Shown: positions 30,602 through 44,127 of the stretch, in pieces
Layout of the letters: each line of letters begins with the position of its first letter
Position numbering within the stretch: the first letter of the stretch is position 1
Assembly: GCF_030013595.1 (NCBI RefSeq)
Contig: NZ_CP122768.1
DNA length: 64,000 nt
Reading direction: 5' to 3' (one strand)
Source of the DNA: Escherichia coli
GTDB lineage: Bacteria > Pseudomonadota > Gammaproteobacteria > Enterobacterales > Enterobacteriaceae
Program-made: the position numbers and the translations under genes
The notes under the pieces: generated by a model
The model's input: the letters and a program-made list of their open reading frames with translations, nothing else
Databases searched by the model: none
What the model was told of the DNA's origin: nothing

Positions 30602-31132
30602 TTAGCTCATCGCTTCGAGAACCACACCGTCTTGTTCCATCTGGTCGAGACGGGAGAGCAATTTGCGGGTGATTTGCTCGAGCTGATCTTTTTCTGTTGT
30701 GCTGAGCGCGGACCAGAGTTGATGCAGGCAGTTATGCTGCGGTGGTAAAACCTCGCGCAAAAACTCGTGACCTTTTTCCGTTAATTGCAGATGCAGGCAG
30801 CGGCGATCGTTATCGCTTTCACGACGTTCAATCCAACCGCGTTTTTCCAGTTCATCGGCAATACGCGTCGCGTTGGTACGGGATGATCCAAGAGCACAAC
30901 TCAATTCAGAAGGCTGAATACTGTGGTTTTCCTGAGACTCCAGCGTAATCAACGCCATAAACAACGTCTCGTTAATCCCCTGAGCCTTCAGCATTTTATT
31001 GCGGTTCTCCAGCAGCTTGCTTTGCATATGCATGCAAAGACGAGTCAGAAGGATCTCCTGATAAGGAAAATCTTCGTGGCGGCTGGCGCGAAATTTTAGC
31101 ATTTGTTCAATGGGCGTAAACGAACTATCCAT
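30602..31132 (-). CDS. mprA: MarR-family repressor EmrR (MprA)
   Basis: 176 aa; winged-helix MarR fold; first gene of emrRAB. Confidence 0.95.
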
Positions 31133-31222
31133 TTGGGTATGACCTCATTAATTTCAGCCGATATAGTAACGACAGTGACAAATAAAGTAAATGTATTGTT
31201 TTAGAAAAATGATTCTTGTGGG

Positions 31223-31558
31223 TTATATAATCGCCATCACTTTCCAGGCGAGCCCGTAGGCCAGCGCACTAAGCAGTGTTGGGATGATAATGCTGCGTGT
31301 TTTATAGAAACTGGCACCCAGTACCGCGAAGCCGACCAGCGTGGGCACGAAACGGCGTGTATCGTGCATCACTTCTGGTGCGGTAGAGACAACCAGCAGA
31401 GCGCATATCGAGGCGATGCCAATGGTGTCGAGCAATATGCCTATCGCGCCACGTTTGGTTGGGCGGGCATTACCCACACGCAGGCGCAGCGGCAAATAGC
31501 GGAAGCAATAATTCGCCGCGCCAACCAGTAACCCAAGCAGCAGAACCTCATAGCTCAT
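31223..31558 (-). CDS. ygaH: L-valine exporter small subunit (AzlD-like)
   Basis: 111-aa membrane protein overlapping ygaZ stop. Confidence 0.85.
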   Translation of the reverse strand: MSYEVLLLGLLVGAANYCFRYLPLRLRVGNARPTKRGAIGILLDTIGIASICALLVVSTAPEVMHDTRRFVPTLVGFAVLGASFYKTRSIIIPTLLSALAYGLAWKVMAII

Positions 31559-32285
31559 CGGGCGCTCCTTGCCAGAATGCCTGGATTAACGCAGTGAGGC
31601 AGCCACAGACAATGCCTGCCAGAATGGCGACGGGAATAGAAAATAGCGTTACGCCTGCAAGGGCACCAACTAACGCTGCGGTAACGCAAAGAGATTGTTT
31701 GCGCTGGAAAGAGGCGAGCAGGAAACTCATAAAGAGTGCCGGAAGCATAAAACCTAATGCTGCTTCAACGGCGGGATATCCTTGCAGCAAGCCGCTGCCG
31801 GAGAATGCCCCTATTACCGTACCAAATACCCACGATGACCATGAACTGAAGGCAATGCCGATCATCCAGTTCTCGCTCCAGCGGCGATTATTGCGTACCA
31901 GTTTTGCGGTTGCGGCGGCAAAAACCTCATCCGTCAGGCCAAATGCCCACAGGGCGGTTTTCGATTTTTGCAGACGCTGAATAATACGGCTACGCAGTGA
32001 CGGGCCATACAAAACATGGCGAACATCCATTGCCATGACGGTCAGTGCAGCAACCCACAAACTACTCCCGGCTGCCAGCATCGCGGTAATGACGAACTGG
32101 CTCGCGCCTGCATAAATGATGCAGGAGAAAAAAACGCTTTCGAGAGGAGAGAATCCCAGACGGGTCGCATTCAGACCGAACGCAAAGGCCACCGGAATAT
32201 AACTAATAACAATCGGTAAACTGTCTTTGCATCCTTCCATGAAGGTCGCCGAACCAGGAGCAGGCTGTGGAGTAGGGCTTTCCAT
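31548..32285 (-). CDS. ygaZ: L-valine exporter large subunit (AzlC-like)
   Basis: 245-aa polytopic membrane protein. Confidence 0.85.
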   Translation of the reverse strand: MESPTPQPAPGSATFMEGCKDSLPIVISYIPVAFAFGLNATRLGFSPLESVFFSCIIYAGASQFVITAMLAAGSSLWVAALTVMAMDVRHVLYGPSLRSRIIQRLQKSKTALWAFGLTDEVFAAATAKLVRNNRRWSENWMIGIAFSSWSSWVFGTVIGAFSGSGLLQGYPAVEAALGFMLPALFMSFLLASFQRKQSLCVTAALVGALAGVTLFSIPVAILAGIVCGCLTALIQAFWQGAPDEL

Positions 32286-32408
32286 AGAGTGTACGCTTAA
32301 CGATTGTTAATATTATAAATAGACTGAATGAATATCTTAACCTTATCAGACTGATGGGCTTCTTAACACCCTTATAAGTGTAAAGCCACGAAAACGGTTG
32401 CTGATTGC

Positions 32409-33593
32409 TTAATTTGCGGCTTCCTGACGATGAAAACCTCGCCACCAGACCAGTAAGTTAACCAGGGCAATCGTCGCGCCAGCCAGACAAACGCCAGCCC
32501 AACCGCCATGTTGCCAGGCTGAGGCTGAAATTAGCGAACCGGCGGCACCGCCAATAAAGTAGCTGGTCATGTAACCTGCGGTCAGGCGATTACGCGCATC
32601 AGGATGTATTCGATAAATTACCGTCTGGTTAGTGATATGCACGCCCTGCACGGTGAGGTCCAGCACCAGGATGCCGATAATCAGCGCCAGTACGGAGGTG
32701 TGACCAAACCAGATTGCCAGCCATGAAAGTAACAGCAGAAGCAGACCGAAAGTTGTTGTGTGGTGCGATTTGCCCTTGTCGGCAAAACCGCCCGCCGGAC
32801 GAGCGCCCAACGCTCCGGCAGCTCCCGCAAGTCCAAACAGACCAATTACACCATCGCTGTAGTTAAAAGGTGGAGCGGCAAGCAAAAAGGCCATTGAGGT
32901 CCAGAGAATGCTGAAGTTGGCAAAGGTCAGGCAGCCCAGCAACGCGCGGGTGCGCAGAATTTTATCGCTGATAAACATGCTGAAAACGGAACCAAGCAAC
33001 TGTGGGTAGTTGAGGTGGGTTTCTGATTTCATTTGTGGCAGACCACGCCATAATGCCAGCGCCATCAGTGCCATTAACACCGAGGCAACCCAAAAGACGG
33101 TGCGCCAGCCGCCGAGGTTTGCCAGCAACCCGGCAACGGTTCGTGCCAGCAAGATCCCCAACAGCAGCCCGCTCATAATGGTGCCGACCACTTTGCCGCG
33201 TTTGTCTGGTGAAGCCAGCGTCGCTGCCAGCGGAACCAGAATTTGTGCCACGACCGAGAATAAACCGGTCAATGCCGTACCGAGGATCATCATCGCCAGT
33301 GACTGACTGCTGGCAGTGATTAACATACCGCCCGCTGCCAGTAAGGTCATCGAGACAATCAGGCGGCGGCGTTCAAACATATCACCGAGGGGAACAAGAA
33401 ACAGCAGACCTGCGGCATAGCCCAACTGCGCGGCGGTAACAATAAAGCCCGCCGAACTGGCGGAAAGGGAAAAGTTACGCGCGATGGTGTCGAGTAATGG
33501 CTGGGCGTAATAGTTACTGGCTACCGCCAGACCGGTGGCGATAGACATCAGCACGATCAGCGCCGGGCTAAGCTCATGGTTTGTTTTAGTCAT
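32409..33593 (-). CDS. ygaY: MFS transporter YgaY, intact 12-TMS ORF
   Basis: 394-aa hydrophobic ORF with MFS-type loop motifs. Confidence 0.8.
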   Translation of the reverse strand: MTKTNHELSPALIVLMSIATGLAVASNYYAQPLLDTIARNFSLSASSAGFIVTAAQLGYAAGLLFLVPLGDMFERRRLIVSMTLLAAGGMLITASSQSLAMMILGTALTGLFSVVAQILVPLAATLASPDKRGKVVGTIMSGLLLGILLARTVAGLLANLGGWRTVFWVASVLMALMALALWRGLPQMKSETHLNYPQLLGSVFSMFISDKILRTRALLGCLTFANFSILWTSMAFLLAAPPFNYSDGVIGLFGLAGAAGALGARPAGGFADKGKSHHTTTFGLLLLLLSWLAIWFGHTSVLALIIGILVLDLTVQGVHITNQTVIYRIHPDARNRLTAGYMTSYFIGGAAGSLISASAWQHGGWAGVCLAGATIALVNLLVWWRGFHRQEAAN

Positions 33594-34045
33594 TATTTTT
33601 GTTCATCAGGTGATGATTAAGCTGGGAATCAATAATAGCGGATGTTTATGAATGTGGGGCGAAAGATAGATTGTTAAAATGTGCGGGTAATGGGGAGAGG
33701 GTATTTGAAGGTGAAATATGCCACTAAGGCAAATGTTACGTTCACTTCCAGATTATAGCTACTTTGTCACTATTTTGCTGGTGAACGTGCCAGGGTGGCT
33801 CAGTCGCCACCACCCTGGCGACCCAGGCTTTTGGCACAAAATCGCCGCTACGCGGTACATTCGACTTATTTCTTACGGCTATCGGGTACGGGCGCGAGGT
33901 AACATCCCTGTAAGACGCGCCCTCGCCGCGCATCCCTGCGCGTCGCCCCGGCCTTCAGAAAACGTCTCATCGATTTTCAGCCGGATTAAAACCATCGCTG
34001 CAATTGTTTTACTCACATGAGCATTATCTGCGCGGTTATCAATAT

Positions 34046-35038
34046 TTACTTCTGCGCTGCCAGCGCCTCATTCACCCAGCCATCGAACTGCTGCTGGTGG
34101 GCTTTGATCCAGCCATCAACGTGGCCCTGAATATCGCCTTCTGAGGCTTTGCCGTCATGCATAATGGCGTTCTGGGCGTTAATATCTGCCACTGGTAACT
34201 GCATAATGGCAAACAGTTTCGCTGCTGCCGGGTTTTTCTCGGCCCAGGCTTTGTTGGCAACGATATGCATGGTACTGACCGGGAAGCCGTAATTCGCGCC
34301 ATTCGGCAGTTTGGTATCGGCATTTTTATCGCCCGGCAGTGCGGAGAACGGCACCTGCAACCAGACCACATCTTTCCCCGGTTTCAGTTCGTTACTCACC
34401 CAGTACGGCGTCCAGGTGTAGTAAAACACCGGCTTACCCTCTTTGTAACGACTGATGGTGTCAGCCATCATCGCTGCGTAGTTCCCCTGATTATGCGTCA
34501 CGGTATTGGTCAGTCCATACGCGGCAAGCTGGTGGTTGATCGCACCTTCGCAGCCCCAGCCAGGGTTACAGCCGGTTAAATCCGCTTTACCGTCGCCGTT
34601 GGTATCGAACAGTTTGGCGATCTTCGGATCTTTCAGTTGCGCGATGTTGGTGATTTTGTACTGGTCGGCAGTTTTCTTATCGATCAGGTAACCCTGTGCC
34701 GCGCCGTTAACAAATACTCCTTCACGATAAAATTTCTTATCGCCACCGGCAGCTTCGTACATGTTGTCATGCAGTGGCGTCCAGTTCACTGCGGTGAAGG
34801 TTGCATCGCCGGAAGCAAGCGAGGTGTAGCCAACGTTGTAATCCACTTCGCTGGGTTTATTGACGGTATAACCTAATTTCTCCAGCGCGCGGCTGACCAG
34901 CAGCGTCTGGAAAGTTTCTTCGGTGATGGTGCTCTGAACCGGATTAACAGTAATGCCTTTGCCCGGCAGGTCGGCAGCAAAAGTTTGTGTAGAGATAAGC
35001 GTGGCAAACGCTGTCGCAAAAAGTACGCTATGTCGCAT
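34046..35038 (-). CDS. proX: Glycine betaine/proline ABC transporter periplasmic binding protein
   Basis: 330 aa from [28 protein letters not shown] (signal peptide). Confidence 0.95.
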   Translation of the reverse strand: MRHSVLFATAFATLISTQTFAADLPGKGITVNPVQSTITEETFQTLLVSRALEKLGYTVNKPSEVDYNVGYTSLASGDATFTAVNWTPLHDNMYEAAGGDKKFYREGVFVNGAAQGYLIDKKTADQYKITNIAQLKDPKIAKLFDTNGDGKADLTGCNPGWGCEGAINHQLAAYGLTNTVTHNQGNYAAMMADTISRYKEGKPVFYYTWTPYWVSNELKPGKDVVWLQVPFSALPGDKNADTKLPNGANYGFPVSTMHIVANKAWAEKNPAAAKLFAIMQLPVADINAQNAIMHDGKASEGDIQGHVDGWIKAHQQQFDGWVNEALAAQK

Positions 35039-35095
35039 TGTTATTCCTTTTTTTGGCAGGGTGATAATGCCCGGCGTCACCGGGCAAGTGCAGAG

Positions 35096-36160
35096 TTACT
35101 TAATGAATGGGCGGGTCAGCAGACCGACAGGGCCAGTGGTGTACCAGCGACGGTTGCCGCGACTGCGTGAGTCGCGCCCAACGGCCTGCGTCAGGCGGTC
35201 GAGGATAATGGCGAGGATCACAATCCCGACGCCGCCAACGGTGGCAAGCCCCATATCCAGACGACCGATACCGCGAAGCACCATCTGACCCAGCCCGCCG
35301 ACGGCAATCATCGAGGCGATGACCACCATAGAAAGGGCCAGCATCAGCGTCTGGTTAACGCCCGCCATAATGGTCGGCATCGCCAGCGGTAACTGAACTT
35401 TGAACAGCATCTGGCGCGGGCTGGCACCGAATGAGCGCGAGGCTTCAATCAGATCCGCCGGAACCTGGTTAATTCCCAGAATCGTCAGACGGATAATCGG
35501 CGGCAGAGCAAAGATGATCGTCACCACCACGCCCGGCACGTTACCGATACCAAACAGCATGACGATTGGTACCAGATAAACAAACGCTGGCGTGGTCTGC
35601 ATGGCATCAAGCAGTGGACGAATAATTTTCGCCGCTCGCGGACTTCTCGCCAGCCAGATCCCCAACGGCAAACCGATGACGATACAGAACAGCAGGGCGG
35701 TTAGCACCAGCGCCAGAGTAACCATTGCCTGTGACCAGGCACCGATTGCGCCGATGGCAATCAGCGAAACCAGTGTCGCCACGCCCATTCCGACACCGGA
35801 AATTTGCCAGGCGATGAGAGCGAAAACGATAATCGCCACCGGAGCGGGCATACCCAGCAGCAATTGCTGGAAACCGTTGAGGATGTAATCAACCGGAACG
35901 CGCACGCCCTGAAAGACGGGACGAAAATGGGTAACGACCCAGTCGATCCCTTCAGTGACCCAACTGTCGAGCGGGATCAGCGTTTTATGGAACGGATCGA
36001 GAATATTAAAATGCTCGACGTTTGGCGCAGGCGTACTGGTCAGCCAGTCAGCACCACCGCCGTCAGTCGGTGCAGCAGCCGGTGTACCCCAGGCGTCTGC
36101 GGACTGTGCGGCACTGTCCGCCGCTGGCGTGGTATCCCACGGATTATTTTGATCAGCCAT
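35096..36160 (-). CDS. proW: Glycine betaine/proline ABC transporter permease
   Basis: 354 aa; long N-terminal extension plus ABC permease domain. Confidence 0.95.
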   Translation of the reverse strand: MADQNNPWDTTPAADSAAQSADAWGTPAAAPTDGGGADWLTSTPAPNVEHFNILDPFHKTLIPLDSWVTEGIDWVVTHFRPVFQGVRVPVDYILNGFQQLLLGMPAPVAIIVFALIAWQISGVGMGVATLVSLIAIGAIGAWSQAMVTLALVLTALLFCIVIGLPLGIWLARSPRAAKIIRPLLDAMQTTPAFVYLVPIVMLFGIGNVPGVVVTIIFALPPIIRLTILGINQVPADLIEASRSFGASPRQMLFKVQLPLAMPTIMAGVNQTLMLALSMVVIASMIAVGGLGQMVLRGIGRLDMGLATVGGVGIVILAIILDRLTQAVGRDSRSRGNRRWYTTGPVGLLTRPFIK

Positions 36161-37355
36161 TATTTACCCCCTCACGATCTAAAGCGCGCAGCAGCATTCC
36201 TTTCGAAATGATGCCGACATACTGTTGGTCCTCATCGACCACGGGCACCGCACAGGGGGCCTGTCCGACATGAGAGAGCAACTCGCTAAGAGGCGTTTGT
36301 GCATCGACCGCTAACGGCGCATCAATCAGCGCCGCATCAAGACCTTGCTGCTGCGTTAACGCGGCTTTAAGCGAATCGATAGACACAGCGCCGACAAACT
36401 TATTACCGCGTTCGATGACGTAGCCATATTCGCGGTCTTCATCCTGCAATAATTTCAGTGCCGAACGCGGGCCGAAGCCGGGGGTTTTACGAATTAAGCC
36501 ATTCGGTGTCCGACGGGCAATATCTTTCGCACTGAATACCTGACTAATATCGACGCCACGGAAGAAGGTACGGACATAATCATTCGCCGGATTATTGAGA
36601 ATTTCATCCGGTGTGCCGACCTGTACCACTTCGCCATTTTGCATAATGGCAATTCGGTCGCCAATACGCATGGCTTCATCGAGATCGTGGGAAATAAAGA
36701 CAATGGTGCGCTGATGTTTCGCCTGTAATTTTACCAGCTCATCCTGCATCTCGGTGCGAATTAATGGATCGAGCGCCGAGAAGGCTTCGTCCATTAATAA
36801 TATATCTGGATTAATCGCTAACGCGCGGGCTAATCCCACACGTTGACGCATCCCGCCAGAGAGTTCATCCGGGTAGCTGTGGGCATAATTTTCCAGCCCG
36901 ACCTGACGCAGTGCATCAAGGGCTTTTTCACGGCGTTCTTCGGCATTAATTCCGGCCAGTTCCATACCGAACGCAGTATTGTCCAGCACGGTCATATGCG
37001 GCATTAAGGCAAAGGACTGGAAGACCATCGCAATCTTTTTTCTGCGCACCTCACGGAGTTCGGCGTCGGATATTTTGGCAATATCCACACCATCAATCAG
37101 CACTTGCCCGCGGGTGGGTTCAATCAGGCGATTGAGAAGGCGTACCATTGTGGATTTACCCGAACCGGATAATCCCATGATGACAAATATCTCGCCTTCT
37201 TCAATGGCCAGACTGGCGTCTTTTACGCCAAGCGATAGCCCAGTTTTTTCCAGAATTTGTTCTTTTGAAAGTCCTTGTTCGATATATTTGAAAGCTCGCT
37301 GTGGATGCTCACCAAATATTTTATAAAGATTTTTAATTTCTAATTTAATTGCCAT
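36153..37355 (-). CDS. proV: Glycine betaine/proline ABC transporter ATPase with tandem CBS domains
   Basis: 400 aa; Walker [10 protein letters not shown], signature [15 protein letters not shown]. Confidence 0.95.
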   Translation of the reverse strand: MAIKLEIKNLYKIFGEHPQRAFKYIEQGLSKEQILEKTGLSLGVKDASLAIEEGEIFVIMGLSGSGKSTMVRLLNRLIEPTRGQVLIDGVDIAKISDAELREVRRKKIAMVFQSFALMPHMTVLDNTAFGMELAGINAEERREKALDALRQVGLENYAHSYPDELSGGMRQRVGLARALAINPDILLMDEAFSALDPLIRTEMQDELVKLQAKHQRTIVFISHDLDEAMRIGDRIAIMQNGEVVQVGTPDEILNNPANDYVRTFFRGVDISQVFSAKDIARRTPNGLIRKTPGFGPRSALKLLQDEDREYGYVIERGNKFVGAVSIDSLKAALTQQQGLDAALIDAPLAVDAQTPLSELLSHVGQAPCAVPVVDEDQQYVGIISKGMLLRALDREGVNNG

Positions 37356-37711
37356 GCAATAGAAAGATTCCTGTTATTTGTTTATGTCGATACATTACCC
37401 AATGGAAATAGTCACTTTTTTCTACCCTAACATACTGAGAATCTGAGGCAACCCCTGACGGCAAATGTGGCATGAATATTGATGTGAGCAAATCGCCGGA
37501 ATTTCCCATGATATAAGGGCTGAGAGCAAATCGAGAAAAGTTGATATTTTTTGTCAAAGATAGCAAAAAAATGCCTGAATATTGTGGTTTCAGGCGAATA
37601 ATGCAACAGAGTGTCAGTGTAGATCACCACAAAATATTTGCGTGATAAAAAGCTATTTGGCGGGAATTATTTCCCTGCTGCGGGTAGTGATATTTTTGAA
37701 AAATAACACCC

Positions 37712-38680
<969 letters not shown>

Positions 38681-40825
38681 TTAAAGTGCACAGGAGACGC
38701 AGCCTTCAATTTCAGTGCCTTCCAGCGCCATCTGACGCAGGCGGATGTAATAGAGCGTTTTGATACCTTTGCGCCAGGCGTAAATCTGCGCTTTGTTGAT
38801 ATCGCGAGTGGTGGCGGTATCGGGGAAAAACAGCGTCAGCGATAGCCCCTGATCGACATGGCGAGTCGCTTCCGCGTAGGTGTCGATGATCTTTTCTGCG
38901 CCAATTTCGTAAGCGTCCTGATACAGCGCCAGATTCTCGTTAGTCATAAACGGGGCAGGGTAGTAAACGCGTCCTGTTTTGCCCTCTTTGCGTATCTCTA
39001 CTTTCGCCACAATCGGATGAATACTCGACGTAGCATGGTTGATATAAGAGATGGAACCGGTTGGCGGCACCGCCTGGAGATTCTGGTTGTAAATGCCGTA
39101 GCGCATCACGTCGTCGCGCAGCTGCGCCCACATCTCACGGGTAGGTAACGTAATACCGCTGCGGGCAAACAGTTCGCCAACTTTCGCTGTTTTCGGCTGC
39201 CAGTTACCTTGCAGATATTGGCTGAAATATTCACCACTGGCATAGCGTGACTGTTTGAACCCGGCGAAGGTTTCACCGCGTTCGCGCGCCAGCAACATCG
39301 AGGTACGCAGTGCGTGCCAGGTGATGGTATAGAAATAGAGATTGGTGAAATCCAGTGCTTCCGGCGAACCATAAGCGATGCCTTCTCGCGCCAGATAGCC
39401 GTGTAAATTCATCTGCCCCAGTCCGATGGCGTGCGAGGCGGCATTTCCGGCTTCGATGGACGGCACGCTGCGGATATGACTCATATCTGACACCGCCGTT
39501 AAACCGCGTACGGCAGTCTCTACCGTGCGGGCAAAGTCGGGGGAATCCATGGTGTGGGCAATATTCAACGAACCTAAATTGCAGGAAATATCATGGCCTG
39601 TACGGGCATAGTCGAGATTCTCGTCATACTCTGAAGCGCTGTTAACCTGCAAAATCTCTGAGCAAAGATTGCTCATATTTATGCGCCCGGCGATAGGGTT
39701 AGCACGGTTTACCGTATCTTCATACATGATGTAGGGATAGCCGGACTCAAACTGGATTTCTGCCAGTCGCTGGAAGAAATCACGGGCGTTGAGGTATTTT
39801 TTGCGGATGCGTTCATCGGCAACCAGTTCGTCATAGTGTTCGCTGATGGCGATATCGGCAAACGGCTTGCCATAAACCCGCTCTACGTCATAAGGCGAAA
39901 ACAGTGCCATCTGCGCATTCTCTTTTGCCAGATGGAAAGTGATATCCGGGATCACCACGCCCAGCGACAGTGTTTTAATGCGGATTTTCTCGTCGGCATT
40001 TTCCCGCTTTGTATCGAGAAAACGCAGAATATCGGGATGATGGGCATGTAAATAGACTGCGCCAGCACCCTGACGCGCGCCGAGCTGGTTGGCATAGGAA
40101 AATGCGTCTTCCAGCATTTTCATCACCGGAATCACGCCAGATGATTGATTTTCAATACGTTTAATTGGCGCGCCCGCTTCTCGCAGATTCGACAGCAAAA
40201 ATGCTACGCCGCCGCCGCGTTTCGACAGTTGCAGTGCGGAATTTACCGCCCGGCCAATCGACTCCATATTGTCTTCAATACGCAGTAGAAAACAGGAAAC
40301 CAGTTCGCCGCGCTGCTGCTTACCGCAGTTGAGGAATGTCGGCGTGGCTGGCTGAAAGCGTCCTGACAGCATCTCATCAATGAGCTGCGTCGCCAGTGTT
40401 TCATCGCCTTGTGCCAGCGTCAGCGCCACCATCGTGACTCGATCGGCAAAATCTTCCAGATAACGCGTACCGTCGAATGTTTTCAGCGTATAGCTGGTGT
40501 AAAACTTCCATGCCCCGAGGAATGTCTGGAAACGAAAACCGCTGGTGTGTGCGTGGGCAAACAGCGTAATGACAAAGTCGCGAGAGTAGCGATTAAGAAC
40601 GCTTTCATCATAGTAACCTTCGTTGACCAGCCAGTTCAAGCGCTGCTGTTGGCTACTGAAGGTCACACTGTTCGGACGCACATGCGTCGCAATAAAGGCG
40701 TCAACGGCTTGGCGGTCTTTATCGAACTGAATGCAACCTGCGCTATCGTAGAGGTTAAGCATCGCATTCAGCGCGTGGTAATCCATCGTTTCCTGCGTCA
40801 GGCATTCTGCGGTTGTCGTTGCCAA
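38681..40825 (-). CDS. nrdE: Class Ib ribonucleotide reductase alpha subunit
   Basis: 714 aa; ten-stranded barrel motifs; C-terminal CxxC (GCVSCAL). Confidence 0.95.
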   Translation of the reverse strand: MATTTAECLTQETMDYHALNAMLNLYDSAGCIQFDKDRQAVDAFIATHVRPNSVTFSSQQQRLNWLVNEGYYDESVLNRYSRDFVITLFAHAHTSGFRFQTFLGAWKFYTSYTLKTFDGTRYLEDFADRVTMVALTLAQGDETLATQLIDEMLSGRFQPATPTFLNCGKQQRGELVSCFLLRIEDNMESIGRAVNSALQLSKRGGGVAFLLSNLREAGAPIKRIENQSSGVIPVMKMLEDAFSYANQLGARQGAGAVYLHAHHPDILRFLDTKRENADEKIRIKTLSLGVVIPDITFHLAKENAQMALFSPYDVERVYGKPFADIAISEHYDELVADERIRKKYLNARDFFQRLAEIQFESGYPYIMYEDTVNRANPIAGRINMSNLCSEILQVNSASEYDENLDYARTGHDISCNLGSLNIAHTMDSPDFARTVETAVRGLTAVSDMSHIRSVPSIEAGNAASHAIGLGQMNLHGYLAREGIAYGSPEALDFTNLYFYTITWHALRTSMLLARERGETFAGFKQSRYASGEYFSQYLQGNWQPKTAKVGELFARSGITLPTREMWAQLRDDVMRYGIYNQNLQAVPPTGSISYINHATSSIHPIVAKVEIRKEGKTGRVYYPAPFMTNENLALYQDAYEIGAEKIIDTYAEATRHVDQGLSLTLFFPDTATTRDINKAQIYAWRKGIKTLYYIRLRQMALEGTEIEGCVSCAL

Positions 40826-41208
40826 AATTCGGTTACTCCTTTACGAACGTTTTCGATATCGATTTGCGTACCCATGAGTTCAAAGCGGTACAGCCATGGC
40901 ACGCCGCATTTCCGGGCAATCACATCTCCGGCGCGGCCATACGCCTCACCAAAGTTGCGATTACCCGAAGCAATAACGCCGCGAAGCAACGCCCGGTTGT
41001 GCTCGTCGTTTAAAAAGCGAATTACCTGTCGTGGCACCGCGCCAGCTGTACCGCCGCCGCCGTAAGAGGGCACGATCAGGATGTAAGGCTCGTCTACCTG
41101 AATCCGTTTCCGCTCATTGAGCGGGATGCGCACCGCGGGCAGCCCTAAACGTTCGATAAAACGCTGCGTATTTTCGGAGCTACTGGAAAAGTAGACGAGC
41201 TGGCTCAT
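40798..41208 (-). CDS. nrdI: Flavodoxin-like NrdI
   Basis: 136 aa; overlaps nrdE start. Confidence 0.9.
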   Translation of the reverse strand: MSQLVYFSSSSENTQRFIERLGLPAVRIPLNERKRIQVDEPYILIVPSYGGGGTAGAVPRQVIRFLNDEHNRALLRGVIASGNRNFGEAYGRAGDVIARKCGVPWLYRFELMGTQIDIENVRKGVTEFWQRQPQNA

Positions 41209-41450
41209 GCACTGGCCGCGTGTGGCGCTGGATGCAGACGGTTAATCATGTCCGGACGGAAACCAGACCAGCTAAGATCGCCTGCAATCACAACCGGCAA
41301 CTGACGAAAGCCCTGAGCACGCAACGCTTCCGCCGCTTCAGGAACGTGATCGACATTAATCATTTCAAAATCAAAGCCCCGGTTTTCCATCGCCCGTTTG
41401 GTGGCGTGGCACTGAACGCAATCGTTACGAGTGTAAATAGTAATGCGCAT
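41205..41450 (-). CDS. nrdH: Glutaredoxin-like NrdH redoxin
   Basis: 81 aa; CVQC active site. Confidence 0.9.
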   Translation of the reverse strand: MRITIYTRNDCVQCHATKRAMENRGFDFEMINVDHVPEAAEALRAQGFRQLPVVIAGDLSWSGFRPDMINRLHPAPHAASA

Positions 41451-41632
41451 GATTCGTATTTCCGTTTAAAATGAAGATACGGCGCGATGATACGCGTCGG
41501 GTTGTCTCTCTGTTGATACAGAGATACTAGATGTAGTTGAAAAAAGATTCAACCACACAATATATAGCAAACAGTGGTCGAAATTACCCTGGGTATGAGC
41601 GTGACGGGGTAGGGGGATTTTTGTGATTCAGC

Positions 41633-41666
41633 AGACAAAAAGAAACCCCGAAGCCAGGCTTCGGGG
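41633..41666 (-). terminator. Rho-independent terminator of ygaM
   Basis: Minus-strand hairpin ACCCCGAAGCC-tg-GCTTCGGGGT followed by TTTCTTTTT. Confidence 0.7.
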
Positions 41667-41697
41667 TCAAAGACGCGTATTTATTATCATTATTGCA

Positions 41698-42027
41698 CTA
41701 CGATTTGCGCATGCTTAACAGTGCGCCGATAAAAATACCTACCGCAGCTGCTGTACCCACGCTACACCAGGGTCTTTCACGAACAAAAGAATCCGCGCAG
41801 CCAACGGCATCACGCGCGGCTTGCTGGACGCGAGTACGACCATGCATTCGCGCCCTGGTTTCTTTCAGTAGAGCCTGCGCTTTACTGCGTGCGGCTTCAG
41901 CTTCCCCTTTAGCGTCGCTGCCCCAGGACTTCAACACAGATTCGAGGCTGTCAGCTAATTGATTGACATCATTCTGGATATCCTGCACGCCATCATCAAC
42001 GTCGTTGCGGTTCGGTCGGTTAAACAT
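41698..42027 (-). CDS. ygaM: ElaB/YqjD/YgaM-family C-tail-anchored membrane protein
   Basis: 109 aa from MFNRPNRNDVDDGVQDIQNDV; single C-terminal TM. Confidence 0.85.
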   Translation of the reverse strand: MFNRPNRNDVDDGVQDIQNDVNQLADSLESVLKSWGSDAKGEAEAARSKAQALLKETRARMHGRTRVQQAARDAVGCADSFVRERPWCSVGTAAAVGIFIGALLSMRKS

Positions 42028-42178
42028 ATGATCCCCCATTAGAATTCGATGTAATTTTCAGTGTAGACCATAATTTTCTTAACTGAGGTTCATCGCGGCT
42101 TTATGGACTTTTCTGAAAGCGTTGTGAATGCGCAATCAGGTAAGGTAGGCCCGCGGTTGATAATAACGAGGATCAAAT

Positions 42179-42523
42179 ATGTATTTACGACCAGACGAGG
42201 TGGCGCGCGTACTTGAAAAAGTCGGTTTTACTGTCGATGTGGTAACCCAGAAAGCGTATGGTTACCGCCGTGGGGAAAATTATGTCTATGTTAATCGCGA
42301 AGCGCGAATGGGACGTACCGCCCTGGTGATTCATCCAACATTAAAAGAACGTAGTTCAACACTGGCTGAACCCGCTTCCGATATTAAAACTTGCGATCAT
42401 TATCAACAATTTCCGCTCTATTTAGCGGGTGAACGTCATGAGCATTACGGTATCCCGCATGGCTTTAGTTCGCGTGTTGCGCTTGAACGTTATTTGAATG
42501 GTTTATTTGGCGAAGCCAGTTAA
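42179..42523 (+). CDS. ygaC: Uncharacterized protein YgaC (DUF2002)
   Basis: 114-aa ORF in conserved position. Confidence 0.8.
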
Positions 42524-42559
42524 AGACGCGACTGGCGATGCCAGTCGCGAAAAGAAGGC

Positions 42560-43009
42560 TCAGGCTTTTACCTGCTGGTAACGGCTGACTTTAAACAGTC
42601 GGCGGCAATAATCGAGGAAGTAGCCATAAACCGCCCCCATCAACATCGAAACAACGATGTTTGAACTGACCGCCGCCATAATCTGATGCCAGTCTGCGCC
42701 CACCACTAACAAGATCGCCACATACACCGGTGACTGGAACGTCACATAAGCCATGATATCCGCCAGATTTTTTATCCAGCCCGACGGGCTAACTTTGCGT
42801 GCTGCGCGCATAAACAGATCGCGGTACATACCGTATGGCCATGCAATTAAGATGTTCACCGGAATCGCTACCAATCTGGAATAAAAAGACTGTTCGAAGC
42901 TCATTCCGGAGAGGAAAACTTCAATACACATGTTCACGACAGAACAGTAAACAACCATCGCGAACGTATCTGCAACTGCATGACGCAAGCGTGACTGCGG
43001 TGAGAACAT
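42560..43009 (-). CDS. alaE: L-alanine exporter AlaE
   Basis: 149 aa from [30 protein letters not shown]-track start is over-extended. Confidence 0.85.
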   Translation of the reverse strand: MFSPQSRLRHAVADTFAMVVYCSVVNMCIEVFLSGMSFEQSFYSRLVAIPVNILIAWPYGMYRDLFMRAARKVSPSGWIKNLADIMAYVTFQSPVYVAILLVVGADWHQIMAAVSSNIVVSMLMGAVYGYFLDYCRRLFKVSRYQQVKA

Positions 43010-43676
43010 GCTAATGCTCCTTAATAAAAGCGTAATGGGATGTGAATGGAGATGAAAGCAGTGGATCTCATTGCCATCTGCATTTTCGCATAGCGTATAT
43101 CGCTGGCTATGACTAATCAATTAGTGAAAAATTTTTATTTAATCTGTTTTTGTAGATAAAATATTCCGTAACGGCGCGTTTTTTGTATATTGTGGATTTT
43201 TACATGCCAATATGATTTATTTTTAATTAAATCAATTGGATATGTGTTTACCTTTATTTTCACTCATGAAGGTTTGGGGGGGAGGTAACGCTATAAGCGT
43301 AGAGAATTCGGTGTATGTCGTGACCGGGTCATTTTCAGCATTTTTTATGCCAGATAATGTACATTGACAGCAGAAAGCACCAGTGATAGATGTTTTCTTT
43401 TATTCTGTTGAGTTGCATTTTTATTCACTTTGGTTTTGTCAGGCTTGCGGAGTTAGCGAGCAGAGAGCGCCGCTCTGCTCACAAATAACCTAAATTACTC
43501 ATCAAAATGGCTAATATATAATCTTGAAATTATTCTGAGAGTTTCAGAAAATAACAGCTGAAATAATCTCGCGCAGGACTGTAAATAGATTAAATTTTGT
43601 GGAAATATAATAAGTGATCGCTTACACTACGCGACGAAATACTTTTTTGTTTTGGCGTTAAAAGGTTTTCTTTATT

Positions 43677-44081
43677 ATGTCCGTAATGTTACAAAGTTTA
43701 AATAACATTCGCACTCTCCGTGCGATGGCTCGCGAATTCTCCATTGACGTTCTTGAAGAAATGCTCGAAAAATTCAGGGTTGTCACTAAAGAAAGACGTG
43801 AAGAAGAAGAACAGCAGCAGCGTGAACTGGCAGAGCGCCAGGAAAAAATTAGTACCTGGCTGGAGCTGATGAAAGCTGACGGAATTAACCCGGAAGAGTT
43901 ATTGGGTAATAGCTCTGCTGCTGCACCACGCGCTGGTAAAAAACGCCAGCCGCGTCCGGCAAAATATAAATTCACCGATGTTAACGGTGAAACTAAAACC
44001 TGGACCGGTCAGGGCCGTACACCGAAGCCAATCGCTCAGGCGCTGGCAGAAGGTAAATCTCTCGACGATTTCCTGATCTAA
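43677..44081 (+). CDS. stpA: H-NS paralogue StpA
   Basis: 134 aa; H-NS family N-terminal coiled coil and C-terminal DNA-binding motif (TWTGQGRTP). Confidence 0.95.
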   Translation: MSVMLQSLNNIRTLRAMAREFSIDVLEEMLEKFRVVTKERREEEEQQQRELAERQEKISTWLELMKADGINPEELLGNSSAAAPRAGKKRQPRPAKYKFTDVNGETKTWTGQGRTPKPIAQALAEGKSLDDFLI

Positions 44082-44127
44082 TTACTGAGGCCGGATGTCG
44101 CTGCTATGGCGCGTCCGGCGTCGCTTC

